Assembly: GCA_020437905.1 (NCBI GenBank)
Contig: JAGQVN010000139.1
Location: 1-60,487 of the forward strand
Reading direction: 5' to 3'
Length of the DNA: 60,487 nucleotides
Source of the DNA: Flavobacteriales bacterium
GTDB taxonomy: Bacteria > Bacteroidota > Bacteroidia > Flavobacteriales_F > PHOS-HE28
In this document: piece by piece, positions 17,630-27,655 of the stretch
Position numbering within the stretch: the stretch's first letter is position 1
Layout of the letters: every line of letters begins with the position of its first letter
Notes under the pieces: model-generated
Told to the model about the DNA's origin: nothing
Seen by the model: the letters and a program-made list of their open reading frames with translations, nothing else
Database searches by the model: none
Position numbers and translations under genes: made by a program

Positions 17630-18961
17630 TCACAAGGACTTCACCGCGGACTTGAACTTGCGACCACGGTCCTCATAATTCTCGAACAGGTCGAAGCTTG
17701 CACAGGCCGGGCTGAGCAAGACCACATCACCCGGTTCGCTGAGCTCATAGGCACGCTCCACGGCCTCTTGGGCGGAACCGGCATCCACCATGCTCGCCAC
17801 CGTTCCACCGAAGGCCTTGTGCAATGCCGAGTTGTCCGTACCCAGACAAACCATGGCCTTCACCCGTTCGGACACGAGTTCAAGCAACAACGAATAGTCA
17901 TTCCCCTTGTCCACCCCCCCCGCGATCCAGACCACGGGACGATCCATGCTTTCCAGCGCGTACCATGCACTGTTCACATTGGTGGCCTTGCTGTCATTGA
18001 TGAAATCCACTCCATTCACAGAGGCGACCTTTTCCAAGCGATGCTCGACGTTCTGGAAATCGCTCAGACTTTCCCGCACCACGTCCTTGCGCACCTCCAG
18101 GATGCGTGCGGCAATGCTGGCGGCAAGCGAGTTGTACGCGTTGTGCTTTCCCTGTAGCGAGAGTTCGATCATGGACATGTGCAGCGTGCTTTGGTCGGTG
18201 GTTATGTGTAAGGTTCCGTTCTGGAGAAAACCTCCCTGCGGAATTGGTGTGCTGATGGAAAAGGGCCACTTCCTTGCACGCACCGGATGGTGCAGCATGC
18301 CCTCGGAGATCGTGGTGTCGTCCGCATTGAACAGGAAGTGGTCCCCGGCCGTCTGATTCATGGCAATGCGGAACTTGCTCGCCACATAAGCGTCCATATC
18401 CGCGTACCGATCCAAATGGTCCGGTGTGATGTTCAGGAGCACGGCAATGTGCGGTCGTAGGGAACGGATGCCGTCCAGCTGGAAACTGCTGAGTTCCACC
18501 ACATGGTAGGCATGGTCGCCTTGTGCAACGGAACCTGCGAAACTCCGGCCCATGTTGCCCGCCACCGCCACATCCAAACCCGCCTTCCTCAAGAGATGAT
18601 AGGTGAGCATCGTCGTGGTGGTCTTCCCGTTCGTTCCTGTAATGCCGATCAGGGTGGAACTCGTGTAACGCGAGGCGAACTCCACTTCACTGATCACGGG
18701 AACACCCTTTCTCAGCAGCGCCTGGATCACGGGGCTCTTGTCCGGGATCCCCGGGCTCTTCACCACTTCAGCGGCCCTGAGAATGCGATCCAGATCATGA
18801 CCCTTCTCCTCGAATGGGACCCGATCGGCCATCAGCGCATCACGATAAGGACCTTCGATAGTGCCTGCATCACTTACGAACACCTTCAAGCCTTTGGCTG
18901 TCGCCAGCTGAGCGGCGCCGACCCCGCTCTCCTTCCCACCGAGGATCACCAGCTCCTTCAT
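17630..18961 (-). CDS. murD: UDP-N-acetylmuramoylalanine--D-glutamate ligase
   Basis: Full-length 443-aa protein with [11 protein letters not shown], the NDSKAT motif and a C-terminal ...[10 protein letters not shown]. Confidence 0.95.
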   Translation of the reverse strand: MKELVILGGKESGVGAAQLATAKGLKVFVSDAGTIEGPYRDALMADRVPFEEKGHDLDRILRAAEVVKSPGIPDKSPVIQALLRKGVPVISEVEFASRYTSSTLIGITGTNGKTTTTMLTYHLLRKAGLDVAVAGNMGRSFAGSVAQGDHAYHVVELSSFQLDGIRSLRPHIAVLLNITPDHLDRYADMDAYVASKFRIAMNQTAGDHFLFNADDTTISEGMLHHPVRARKWPFSISTPIPQGGFLQNGTLHITTDQSTLHMSMIELSLQGKHNAYNSLAASIAARILEVRKDVVRESLSDFQNVEHRLEKVASVNGVDFINDSKATNVNSAWYALESMDRPVVWIAGGVDKGNDYSLLLELVSERVKAMVCLGTDNSALHKAFGGTVASMVDAGSAQEAVERAYELSEPGDVVLLSPACASFDLFENYEDRGRKFKSAVKSL

Positions 18962-20205
18962 CGCAGTTTGAGGGTTACGATGGATAGGACCGCGAGCATG
19001 ATACCTACGATCCAGAACCGGCTCACGATCTTGCTTTCGTGGATCCCCAGCTTCTGGAAGTGGTGGTGGAGCGGCGCCATCAGGAAGATCCTTCGTCCTT
19101 CACCGAACCGCCTGCGGGTATACTTGAACCACGATACCTGGAGGACGACACTGAGGTTCTCCACCAGGAACACCCCACAGAGAACTGGGATGAGCAACTC
19201 CTTTCGCACGAGGATCGCGAGCGCGGCGATCATGCCTCCCAAAGCCAGGCTTCCGGTGTCCCCCATGAACACCTGTGCCGGGAACGCATTGTACCAGAGA
19301 AATCCGATACATGCCCCCAGCATCGCTCCGATGAACACGGCGAGTTCCCCGATGTCGGGGATGTACATGATGTCCAGATACTGGGAGAAGATGATATTAC
19401 CGCTCACATAAGCAAGGATCCCCAGTGCGAGTACCATGATCGCGGAGGTGCCGGTAGCCAGCCCATCAAGCCCATCGGTCATGTTCGCTCCATTGCTGAC
19501 GGCGGTCACGATGAAGATGACCACGCACACGTACAGCAGCCACGTGTAACCGCGAGCCTCACGGCCGAAGAGGCCAAGCACCGATGAATAGTTGAACTCG
19601 TTCCCCTTTACGAATGGGATGGTCGTGTTCGGCGACCGGCGATCAAGGAGATAATGGGCAACGCCATCATCGTCCACGAACGTGCTCAAGGCCGCAGGGT
19701 CCAATTGATCGGCCAGCACCTCTGGCACCTCCACCTTGGTCCGGATATCCGGATGGAAATAGACCGTCGCCCCGATCACGATGCCGATACCCACCTGACC
19801 GAACACCTTGAACTTGCCGGCAAGACCCTTCTTGTTCTTGCGGAATACCTTGATGTAGTCGTCCAGGAACCCGATGACACCCAGCCAGATCGTGGTGATG
19901 AGCATGAGTTGGATGTAGATATTATCCAGCTTGGCGAACAGCAGGGTGGGCACCAGAATGGCGGAAAGGATGATGAGGCCGCCCATCGTTGGTGTGCCCT
20001 GCTTGCTCAACTGACCTTCCAGGCCCAGGTCACGGACCGTTTCGCCGACCTGCATCCGTTGCAGGACCCGGATGATGCCTTTTCCGAACCACAGACTGAT
20101 GACCAGCGAGAAGAACACGGCCATGGCGGCCCGGAAGGAGATGTAATTGAACGCACCCGATCCGGGAAGCGAGAAATCGATCGACTTGAACAGTTCGTAG
20201 AGCAT
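18958..20205 (-). CDS. mraY: phospho-N-acetylmuramoyl-pentapeptide transferase
   Basis: Polytopic membrane protein with [23 protein letters not shown] and PLHHHF motifs. Confidence 0.96.
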   Translation of the reverse strand: MLYELFKSIDFSLPGSGAFNYISFRAAMAVFFSLVISLWFGKGIIRVLQRMQVGETVRDLGLEGQLSKQGTPTMGGLIILSAILVPTLLFAKLDNIYIQLMLITTIWLGVIGFLDDYIKVFRKNKKGLAGKFKVFGQVGIGIVIGATVYFHPDIRTKVEVPEVLADQLDPAALSTFVDDDGVAHYLLDRRSPNTTIPFVKGNEFNYSSVLGLFGREARGYTWLLYVCVVIFIVTAVSNGANMTDGLDGLATGTSAIMVLALGILAYVSGNIIFSQYLDIMYIPDIGELAVFIGAMLGACIGFLWYNAFPAQVFMGDTGSLALGGMIAALAILVRKELLIPVLCGVFLVENLSVVLQVSWFKYTRRRFGEGRRIFLMAPLHHHFQKLGIHESKIVSRFWIVGIMLAVLSIVTLKLR

Positions 20206-21668
20206 CAGCTATGGAGCAGTTCAAGTGCCTGTTTCAGTACCTCGACATCATCAAAGGCGTGGCGTACACCGTGTATCTCCTGATAGGTCTCATGCCCTTT
20301 TCCCGCCACCAACACCACATCACCGGGGCCGGCAAGGGAACAGGCCTGTCGGATCGCCTCACGTCGGTCCACGTTCACGTAGGCCCGGGTGGCATCGGAT
20401 GTGGATAGTCCGGTCCGCATCTCCTCGATGATGGACATCGGATCCTCTGATCGCGGATTGTCGCTGGTCAATACCACCAGATCACTGTTCTGCGCAGCGA
20501 TACGGGCCATCTCAGGTCGCTTTTGGCGATCCCGGTCACCACCACATCCGACCACGGTGATGACACGCTCGCCCTGCGCACATACTTCCCTGAGCGTTGC
20601 GAGCACATTCTTCAGCGCATCAGGGGTGTGTGCATAGTCCACGATCCCCATCACCTCGCTCTTTGCAGGGACCAACTGGAACCGCCCCGGGGGTGGAGCG
20701 ATATCACTCAGCGCCGTCAGGATGGTCAACGGTGCCTCCCCCAACAGTACCGCAGAGGAGTAGACGGCCAATAGATTGCTCGCATTGAACGCCCCCACCA
20801 ACCGCGTATAAACGTCGTGTCCATCGATGTGCAAGTGGAGCCCGTTCAGCTGGTTCTCCACGACCCTCGCGCGATGGTCGGCCAGTTCATGCAGGGCGAA
20901 GGATCGCTTGGAAGCCTTCGTGTTCTGCACCATCACACGGCTGTTCGGATCGTCAGCGTTCACCAGGGCCATGGCCTCGCCCGACAGTTCGTCGAACAGT
21001 CGCTTCTTGGCCTTGATGTAATCGGCAAAGGAGCCGTGATAGTCCAGGTGATCGTGTGTGATGTTGGTGAACACAGCGAGATCGAACTCCAACCCGGTCA
21101 CCCGATCCTGCACCAAGGCATGTGAACTGACCTCCATGAAGCAGTGCGTGCAGCGCTCTTCGACCATGGCCGCGAGCAGTTCGTTGAGCCGGATCGGATC
21201 GGGGGTGGTATGCGTACTGGGTTCCAAGCGCTGACCGACGCGCGTTTCAACCGTTCCGATCATGCCGGTCTTCCTGCCAAGGGCCCGATACAACCGGTGC
21301 AGCATCGTGACCACGCTGGTCTTGCCGTTCGTACCTGTAACCCCGACCAGCTTCAACTTCCTGGAAGGATGATCATGGAAATTGGCCGCCATGATGGCCA
21401 AGGCATGGGCACTATTGGAGACCTTGACATAGGTGACACCCTTGGCGGGCTCTTCAGGGATGCGTTCGCAGATCACAGCGGTCGCACCTCTACCTACCGC
21501 ATCAGCGATATGCTCGTGACCATCCGTTCTGGTCCCTGGTATGGCGACGAAGGCGGTGAAGGGCACCACTTTCCGGCTGTCGAAGGCGATCTGCTCAATG
21601 GCCGTGTTGGTGGCTCCAACGACCTGGTCGATCCGTGTTCGATACAGGATGTCCTTGAGCAGCTTCAT
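20205..21668 (-). CDS. murE: UDP-N-acetylmuramoyl-L-alanyl-D-glutamate--2,6-diaminopimelate ligase
   Basis: [10 protein letters not shown] and DYAHTPDAL are present, and the DNPR motif (SDNPRSEDP) suggests DAP specificity. Confidence 0.94.
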   Translation of the reverse strand: MKLLKDILYRTRIDQVVGATNTAIEQIAFDSRKVVPFTAFVAIPGTRTDGHEHIADAVGRGATAVICERIPEEPAKGVTYVKVSNSAHALAIMAANFHDHPSRKLKLVGVTGTNGKTSVVTMLHRLYRALGRKTGMIGTVETRVGQRLEPSTHTTPDPIRLNELLAAMVEERCTHCFMEVSSHALVQDRVTGLEFDLAVFTNITHDHLDYHGSFADYIKAKKRLFDELSGEAMALVNADDPNSRVMVQNTKASKRSFALHELADHRARVVENQLNGLHLHIDGHDVYTRLVGAFNASNLLAVYSSAVLLGEAPLTILTALSDIAPPPGRFQLVPAKSEVMGIVDYAHTPDALKNVLATLREVCAQGERVITVVGCGGDRDRQKRPEMARIAAQNSDLVVLTSDNPRSEDPMSIIEEMRTGLSTSDATRAYVNVDRREAIRQACSLAGPGDVVLVAGKGHETYQEIHGVRHAFDDVEVLKQALELLHS

Positions 21669-23782
21669 GTGGTCAGATCGAGCACAACGATGGAACCGGG
21701 TTGGAACCGATCACCTGGACGGAGGGACTGGCTCCGCACCATCCCCACGCCGTTCACATGCACGCGAAGACCGTGGTTCTCCAGGATGTACAGGGCATCA
21801 CGCAGCCCCATGCCAAGCACATTCGGCACCGAACGCAGCCCAGCATCCGGCATAGTGCGGGGCAGGAGGATGACCACGCTGTCCGTGGCCTGGGTGGAGC
21901 ACCAAAGCGAAGCGTCGCCTATCCGGTCCTGGTATCCCAATCTTTCGAGGGAGGCATGCAAGTCGGCTGTCAGTCCACTGAAGGAGATGGGCGATCGGAG
22001 GGTGTCGCCCAAATCCTCGGCGAGCTCGGTCTGCATCTCCAGGCGGTTCGCGTGGATCTTATCCGCGATCTCATTGAATATGGGTCCTGCCACCACGTTC
22101 CCGTAGTACACGCTCCGCGATGGCGAGCTCACCACCACAATGCACGAATAGCGTGGAGCATCCGCCGGGAAGTAGCCGACGAACGAAGCCTGATAGCTCA
22201 GCCCTTCGCTCTTGTAGCCGCGTTTCTCGTTCGCGATCTGCGCCGTACCTGTTTTCCCCGCGATCCTGAAATGTGCGTCCTTCAGGTTCGAGGCGGTACC
22301 GGAGTCGACCACCCCTTCAAGCATCCTCCGGATCTTATCCAGCGCATCGGGCGAGGCCATCCGCTTGTTCAACGTGACCGGCTCGAAGCGCTCCACTTCG
22401 ACCCCGGCCCGCGTAACGGAGCGGACGAACTGGGGTTGCATCATCCTTCCATCGTTGGCAATGCCGTTGTAGAAGGTCAGTATCTGCAGGGGCGTCAAGC
22501 TGACCTCGTAGCCGATGCTCATCCAAGGCAGGCTCAGTCCGCTCCACAGTTTGTCCTCCGGTCCGCGCAGCGTGGGTACCGGCTCCCCGGGGATACGGAC
22601 CCCGGTCGGCTTGTCGAGCCCCAACTCGCGCAAGCCATCGACGAAGCGGGTGGGATCATCCTGATAGGCTTGAACGACGGCCTGAGAAATGGCCGTGTTG
22701 CTGCTGACCTCCAATGCGCGATGCAGGGAAATGACACCGTGACCACCCTCATGGGAATCGGTCATGCGGCGACCGTAGTACTTCACCACACCACCTTTGG
22801 TGTCGAATCGGTCGTCGGGATCGAGAATGCCATCATCAAGACCGACAAGGAGGGCGGCGGTCTTGAACGTGGAACCCGGCTCCGTGCTGACACCCACGGC
22901 ATAGTTCAGGTCAGCATGGTAGGTCTCGTCCTCGTGGCGTGTGAGGTTGGCAATGGCCTTCACGTAACCGGTGCTCACCTCCATCACCACCACACAACCA
23001 TGATGAGCGCCATGCTTTCGTAGTTGGGCCTCCAACGCTGCATCAGCCACATCTTGGAGGTTGATATCGATCGTGGTATGCACATCGCTTCCAGGAACGG
23101 GGTCACTTCCGGTGCCGTCGTCGATGGGCATCCAGACACCACCCGTGAGCCGTCGTTCCAATCGCCTGCCAGTGACCCCCTGAAGCCACTCCCCGTATCC
23201 CCCTTCCAGCCCGATCGCACTGCTGTCCTTCAAGACGTACCCGACCGTCCTCGCAGCGAGGCGACCGAACGGTCGGATCCGTACGGTGCGTTTCTCAATG
23301 ATCAGTCCGCTGGTATATCGACCACGCTTGAACAGTGGCAGCTGTTTGAGCAGCTGGAGCCGCTCATGATCGACATCGCGCTTCAAGAGGTGATAGCGCT
23401 CACCGCGGCTGCGCGCTTGAAGGAGCTCGGTGCGGTATTGCGCTGCCGATCGGTCACCGAACAAGTGGGCCAACCCATCACATAGGGGGTTCAATTCATT
23501 ACGCAGCAGCTCGTCGGTAAGGCCATCCGCCAGGAGGTCCATGCGCACCTCATATTGCGGAATGCTTGTGCTCAAGAGGCGGCCATCCTCGCTGTATATA
23601 TGCCCTCGGTCCGGATGGACCGTATGGTAGGCAGTGGCCACGTTCTCGGCCCGTCGCACCCAGCGCTCGCCCTCGATCAACTGGATGGTGAACAGCTTGA
23701 CGGTTATCGCCAGGGCAAAGAGGACCACCCCCCCATAAACGAGGTAGGTGCGCGAACGGAGCTGTCGGCCGCGATCGCTCAT
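21665..23782 (-). CDS. ftsI: class B penicillin-binding protein (FtsI/PBP3) with C-terminal PASTA domain
   Basis: N-terminal TM segment is present. Transpeptidase motifs STFK (PGSTFKTAALL), SSN (EVSSNTA) and KTGT (AGKTGTAQ) are all present. The C-terminal PASTA-like segment is VPNVLGMGLRDALYILENHGLRV. Confidence 0.93.
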   Translation of the reverse strand: MSDRGRQLRSRTYLVYGGVVLFALAITVKLFTIQLIEGERWVRRAENVATAYHTVHPDRGHIYSEDGRLLSTSIPQYEVRMDLLADGLTDELLRNELNPLCDGLAHLFGDRSAAQYRTELLQARSRGERYHLLKRDVDHERLQLLKQLPLFKRGRYTSGLIIEKRTVRIRPFGRLAARTVGYVLKDSSAIGLEGGYGEWLQGVTGRRLERRLTGGVWMPIDDGTGSDPVPGSDVHTTIDINLQDVADAALEAQLRKHGAHHGCVVVMEVSTGYVKAIANLTRHEDETYHADLNYAVGVSTEPGSTFKTAALLVGLDDGILDPDDRFDTKGGVVKYYGRRMTDSHEGGHGVISLHRALEVSSNTAISQAVVQAYQDDPTRFVDGLRELGLDKPTGVRIPGEPVPTLRGPEDKLWSGLSLPWMSIGYEVSLTPLQILTFYNGIANDGRMMQPQFVRSVTRAGVEVERFEPVTLNKRMASPDALDKIRRMLEGVVDSGTASNLKDAHFRIAGKTGTAQIANEKRGYKSEGLSYQASFVGYFPADAPRYSCIVVVSSPSRSVYYGNVVAGPIFNEIADKIHANRLEMQTELAEDLGDTLRSPISFSGLTADLHASLERLGYQDRIGDASLWCSTQATDSVVILLPRTMPDAGLRSVPNVLGMGLRDALYILENHGLRVHVNGVGMVRSQSLRPGDRFQPGSIVVLDLTT

Positions 23783-24183
23783 TCGTTCAATGCCCTGTAT
23801 TCGTCATTGTCCAAGGTGATCCTCAAGGGCGGGACCCGGCTCTCCCGCAAACCCATGTCAGCGATATCCGCAGCCACCTGGCTTTGCTGTTCGGTCTGGT
23901 CCAGGCGGGACCTCACGCTGATGTATTCACTGCGCAACTCCTTGAGCTCCGAATCGGTGCGGTGCAGCTCACGAACGGTGCGTTCCGTGTAGTAGCCGTA
24001 GCCGATGTACACGAGCATGAGAGCTGCTACAAAGAGGATGAAGGACATATTGGCCAACACCTGCTCCCGGGTCAGGAACGACCCGTTGAGCACTCCGGCG
24101 AGCGCACGAGGCAGACCCTTGCCGGCTTTTCCTTTCCGCTTTGCCGCTCCCTCCTGCACTTTCTGTTTGACGTTCGTCCTCAA
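23779..24183 (-). CDS. ftsL: FtsL-like bitopic cell division protein
   Basis: 134-aa protein with a basic N-terminus, a single TM (MSFILFVAALMLVYIGYGYY) and a coiled-coil-like segment. It sits between rsmH and ftsI. Confidence 0.6.
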   Translation of the reverse strand: MRTNVKQKVQEGAAKRKGKAGKGLPRALAGVLNGSFLTREQVLANMSFILFVAALMLVYIGYGYYTERTVRELHRTDSELKELRSEYISVRSRLDQTEQQSQVAADIADMGLRESRVPPLRITLDNDEYRALNE

Positions 24184-25085
24184 TTCCTTTCAGCGATCCG
24201 GAGTCGCGCACTGCGCGCTCTGGGGTTCTTCATCACTTCCTCTTCCGTGGGTACAATGACCTTTCGTGTCAATGGTGTAAAGGGCCTGACCGGATGTCCG
24301 AACACATCCTTGTGCTCCACGCCTTCCTCGGTCCCGGCACGCATCCAGTGCTTCACCAACCGATCCTCCAGGCTGTGGTAGCTGATGATCACGAGCCTGC
24401 CTCCCTGGCCCAATACGATCTCGCTTTGTCGAAGCAGTTCGCGCAAGGACCCCAGCTCATCGTTCACCACGATCCTCAAGGCCTGGAAGACCTTGGCGAG
24501 GAAGGTGTTCGCGTCCCTTTTCGGGGCCAGGGGACGAAGGACCTCGACAAGCCGCCCCGTCGTACGGATGGCCCCGACCTTACGCGCATCCACCAGGGCC
24601 CGCGCCACTCTGCGCGCTCCCTGGACCTCACCGAACCGCTTCAACAGGTCGCCCAATTCACCTTCGGTGAGATCGGCGACCAGGTCTGCTGCGGTGCGGG
24701 GCGCACGCTGGTCCATCCGCATATCCAAGGGCCCGTCGGACCGAATGCTGAACCCTCGAAGGGGGACATCGAACTGATGACCGCTCACCCCTAGATCCGC
24801 CAGGATGCCGTCCACCGGCAACGAATCGAGGTGGCGGAGATGGTTCTTCAGCCACCTGAAATCCGAACGGACCAACGTGAACCGCGGATCGTCAGGCACG
24901 TTGACGGCAGCGTCGGCATCCCTGTCGAAGGCGATCAACCGGCCATCGGGACCCAGTCTGTTCAGGATCTCCCTGCTATGCCCTCCACCTCCGAACGTGG
25001 CATCCACGTATCGTCCATCCATGCGGGCGATGAGGCCATTGACACTTTCACGTAAAAGAACGGGGTCGTGGTACTCATTCGCCAT
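24180..25085 (-). CDS. rsmH: 16S rRNA (cytosine1402-N4)-methyltransferase
   Basis: HDPVLL...DATFGGGGHS...DLGVSGHQFD...ISYHSLEDRLVK are present. Confidence 0.95.
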   Translation of the reverse strand: MANEYHDPVLLRESVNGLIARMDGRYVDATFGGGGHSREILNRLGPDGRLIAFDRDADAAVNVPDDPRFTLVRSDFRWLKNHLRHLDSLPVDGILADLGVSGHQFDVPLRGFSIRSDGPLDMRMDQRAPRTAADLVADLTEGELGDLLKRFGEVQGARRVARALVDARKVGAIRTTGRLVEVLRPLAPKRDANTFLAKVFQALRIVVNDELGSLRELLRQSEIVLGQGGRLVIISYHSLEDRLVKHWMRAGTEEGVEHKDVFGHPVRPFTPLTRKVIVPTEEEVMKNPRARSARLRIAERN

Positions 25086-25539
25086 GGGAATTACCGAGGT
25101 TGCCCATCACATCCTCGCTCAAGGCGGTCAAGTCCACTGGCTCGCTCAACATGCGTGCATGGCCCTCCTTGCTCCATAGTTCGATGTGGTCCAACACCCC
25201 GAGCAGCTTGATGTCCTTGCCGATCCCGGCATGGTCCATCAATGGCTTGGGCAACAGCAGCCTGTCGCTCGCGTCGGGTTCCACATGCGTGGCCCCGTTG
25301 AGGAAGCGCCGTACGAACAGTCGGTTCTTCTCGACGAACTGGTTCAGCTGCCGGACCTTCGACTGGGTTCGTTCCCACTCGACCATCGGATAAAGCACAA
25401 GGCAAGGCTGAAAAACATCCCGGTTGATCACGAACCCGGCCGAGAGCTGCCCACCGAGCTGCTTCCTCAGCCCGCTCGGCAGCGACAATCGCCCTTTGGC
25501 ATCCAGCCTTAGATCGTATTCCCCCAAGAGGTTCATCAT
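25075..25539 (-). CDS. mraZ: transcriptional regulator MraZ
   Basis: The start at 25539/25536 gives MMNLLGEYDLRLDAKGRLSLPS. The second SpoVT/AbrB-like repeat contains DASDRLLLPKPL. The upstream 16 codons of the ORF were discarded. Confidence 0.93.
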   Translation of the reverse strand: MMNLLGEYDLRLDAKGRLSLPSGLRKQLGGQLSAGFVINRDVFQPCLVLYPMVEWERTQSKVRQLNQFVEKNRLFVRRFLNGATHVEPDASDRLLLPKPLMDHAGIGKDIKLLGVLDHIELWSKEGHARMLSEPVDLTALSEDVMGNLGNSHGE

Positions 25540-25580
25540 GCAACATGCGTGCGCGAGATGGAGGCGAAAGTAGGAGCATT

Positions 25581-25611
25581 TTCCCACTTTCTACCACTTC
25601 ACCCCACTTTT
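25581..25611 (-). promoter_or_regulatory. MraZ-box array: three 10-bp-phased direct repeats (AAAGTGGGG / GAAGTGGTA / AAAGTGGGA) upstream of mraZ
   Basis: The minus-sense sequence is AAAAAGTGGGGTGAAGTGGTAGAAAGTGGGAAAA. The GTGG cores sit at 25607-25603, 25597-25593 and 25587-25583, which is 44-68 nt upstream of the mraZ ATG. A -7-like TACTTTCG lies just downstream. Confidence 0.6.
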
Positions 25612-25700
25612 TTACTCAATGTGCATAACTCATCAACGACCAAGCTCGTCAAAAGTTGCGAATTGGGACAAATAGAGCCCAATATCGGAGGGTCTATCTG

Positions 25701-25724
25701 GTGGGGAAAAGTGGGAGAAATGGA
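25701..25724 (+). promoter_or_regulatory. second, oppositely oriented MraZ-box-like array (GTGGGGAAAA GTGGGAGAAA TGGA)
   Basis: GTGGG occurs at 25701 and 25711, with a degenerate TGGA at 25721. All three are on the plus strand with 10-bp phasing, about 95 bp from the first array. Confidence 0.4.
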
Positions 25725-25905
25725 TCAATCCAAGCCGTATCAAGGACCACCTTCCCCGGGGCCGATGCTGGAGCCAAGGTCACCTGAACCAGTTCCCATC
25801 CGGCGTTTGCCGACCACTGGGATCCCACGATCGGATGTCGAAAGCTGACCATCGGACCAAGCTCCTACCTGGGCCCTGCCTTACATTTGGGCGACAGCCA
25901 GGGCC

Positions 25906-26682
25906 ATGTTGGAGGGGTTGAAAGAGGAAGGGGAGTTCCGTTATGTGGAGCGCGGTGAAGGGCCGGTATTGCTCTTGCTGCACGGACTTTTCGGGGCGCT
26001 CAGCAACTTCGAGGAGACCTTCGGCTACTTCGCTGGCAAGTACAGGGTGGTCATACCGATGCTCCCGCTGTACAACCTTCCCTTGCTCTCCACGAACGTA
26101 AGCGAGCTGGCCAAGTTCCTGCACCGCTTCGTCGGTTTCAAGAGATGGGACCGGGTGAACTTGTTGGGAAACAGTCTGGGTGGCCACGTCGCCCTGGTCT
26201 ATTGTGAACGACACCCATCAGTGGTCCGCTCCCTGATCCTGACCGGAAGCAGCGGCCTATACGAGAACGCCTTCGGTGGGGGCTTCCCGCGCAGAGAGGA
26301 CTACGAGTTCATCAGGAAGAAGGTGGCGGTCACGTTCCACGATCCGAAGCATGCCACCAAAGAACTGGTGGATGAGTGCTACCAGACGGTCAACGACCGT
26401 TCCAAACTTGTCCGCATCCTATCGCTGGCAAAAAGCGCCATCCGGCACAACATGGCCAAGGAACTGCCCAAGATGCGGATCCCCACCCTGCTGGTCTGGG
26501 GGAGGCAGGACACGATAACCCCTCCTGAAGTGGCGGAGGAGTTCCATCAATTGATCCAGGGTAGCGAGCTCCGATGGATCGATCAGTGTGGTCATGCGGC
26601 CATGATGGAACAACCTCAGGCGTTCATCGATATCGTGGATCCCTGGCTCTCCAAGACGCTCACCCAAGCGGACAAGGAGTGA
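25906..26682 (+). CDS. alpha/beta-fold hydrolase
   Basis: HG oxyanion motif LLLLHGLFG, nucleophile elbow GNSLGG and C-terminal catalytic His context (CGHAAMME) are present. Confidence 0.85.
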   Translation: MLEGLKEEGEFRYVERGEGPVLLLLHGLFGALSNFEETFGYFAGKYRVVIPMLPLYNLPLLSTNVSELAKFLHRFVGFKRWDRVNLLGNSLGGHVALVYCERHPSVVRSLILTGSSGLYENAFGGGFPRREDYEFIRKKVAVTFHDPKHATKELVDECYQTVNDRSKLVRILSLAKSAIRHNMAKELPKMRIPTLLVWGRQDTITPPEVAEEFHQLIQGSELRWIDQCGHAAMMEQPQAFIDIVDPWLSKTLTQADKE

Positions 26683-27317
26683 TGAAGACCCTGCGTGCTG
26701 AACACGTAGGGAGCGGAAGGGACCAAGCCCAATGGCCGCGTCCGGACCTTCCCGAGTATGCATTCATAGGCCGCAGCAATGTGGGAAAGAGCTCGTTGAT
26801 CAATATGCTCTGCGGAGCGGGTAAACTGGCGCGTGTCAGCAACACTCCCGGACGGACCCGGAATGTGGAGCATTTCCGTGTCTTCGGTGGGAACGGAAAG
26901 GCAAAGGGCTGCGACTGGTACCTGGCCGACCTGCCTGGTTATGGCTTCGCCAAGGTGAGCAAAGGGGAACGCTCCGCCTGGCAAAGCATGCTTAGGACCT
27001 ACTTGTCCGAGCGGGAGAACCTGCAATGTGTGTTCCTGCTCATCGATGTACGGATCCCACCCCAACGCAATGACCAGGACATGATCCAGTGGCTCGGCGA
27101 GCAGGGCATACCGTTCGTCATCGTGTTCACCAAAAGCGACAAGCTGTCCGAGCGAAAGGTGGTCGAACACGTATCGCGCTACCGGATCGCCTTGAAGGGA
27201 ACATGGAACGAACTTCCCATGATGATGATCACTTCAGCCACCACCGGCCGCGGGAGGGATGCCTTGATCGAGTTCATCGATGGTGTGAACAGGGATAGTC
27301 CCACAGCGGTCGGTTAG
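26682..27317 (+). CDS. engB: ribosome biogenesis GTP-binding protein YihA/EngB
   Basis: The start at 26682 (TGATG overlap with the hydrolase stop) gives MKTLRAEHV. G1 GRSNVGKSSLIN, G3 DLPGYG and G4 TKSDK are present. Confidence 0.9.
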   Translation: MKTLRAEHVGSGRDQAQWPRPDLPEYAFIGRSNVGKSSLINMLCGAGKLARVSNTPGRTRNVEHFRVFGGNGKAKGCDWYLADLPGYGFAKVSKGERSAWQSMLRTYLSERENLQCVFLLIDVRIPPQRNDQDMIQWLGEQGIPFVIVFTKSDKLSERKVVEHVSRYRIALKGTWNELPMMMITSATTGRGRDALIEFIDGVNRDSPTAVG

Positions 27318-27319
27318 AC

Positions 27320-27655
27320 CTATTTGCCTTCCAGGAGCTTTTCCGAGAAGTAGGCCCCGAAATCGCGCATTTGTTCGGCCATCTTCGTCTCTCCGGTCGC
27401 ACGTTCGTAGGTATCAGCCATGGTCAGGATGTTCTGATGGAAGAAGCGGTTCATTTCCTCCACGGTCATCTTCTTGGTCCATAGATCGATGCGCAACGTA
27501 TTGTTCTCGCGTTCATCCCAAATGCTCAGCAGAGCGGCCTTGCACGTGCTCTTCATTCCCCCATCCTCCGCCTGCCATTCGATCCGCTCCGGCACGTTGT
27601 TCACATCCAATTCAACGCGAAAGCGGATCTCCGAACCTTTGTTCTTCTTGCTCAT
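27320..27655 (-). CDS. gldC: gliding motility protein GldC
   Basis: 111-aa protein with ...RIDLWTKKMTVEEMNRFFHQNILTMADTYERATG..., as I remember it from Flavobacterium GldC. It lies immediately downstream of, and overlaps, a GldB-like lipoprotein gene, the known gldB-gldC order. Confidence 0.75.
   Translation of the reverse strand: MSKKNKGSEIRFRVELDVNNVPERIEWQAEDGGMKSTCKAALLSIWDERENNTLRIDLWTKKMTVEEMNRFFHQNILTMADTYERATGETKMAEQMRDFGAYFSEKLLEGK

Noticed and set aside
21701-23023. 440-aa plus-strand ORF, and similar 300+ aa ORFs at 16684-17655, 18503-19411 and 21144-22106
   Set aside because: All are antisense to unambiguous dcw genes (ftsI, ftsW, murD/mraY, murE). I treat them as shadow ORFs.
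25549-25848. 99-aa plus-strand ORF in the mraZ upstream region
   Set aside because: It spans the promoter and operator region with both GTGGG arrays. Its composition is low-complexity and Pro-rich, it has no start context, and it partly overlaps the mraZ 5' end. It is more parsimonious as non-coding regulatory DNA.
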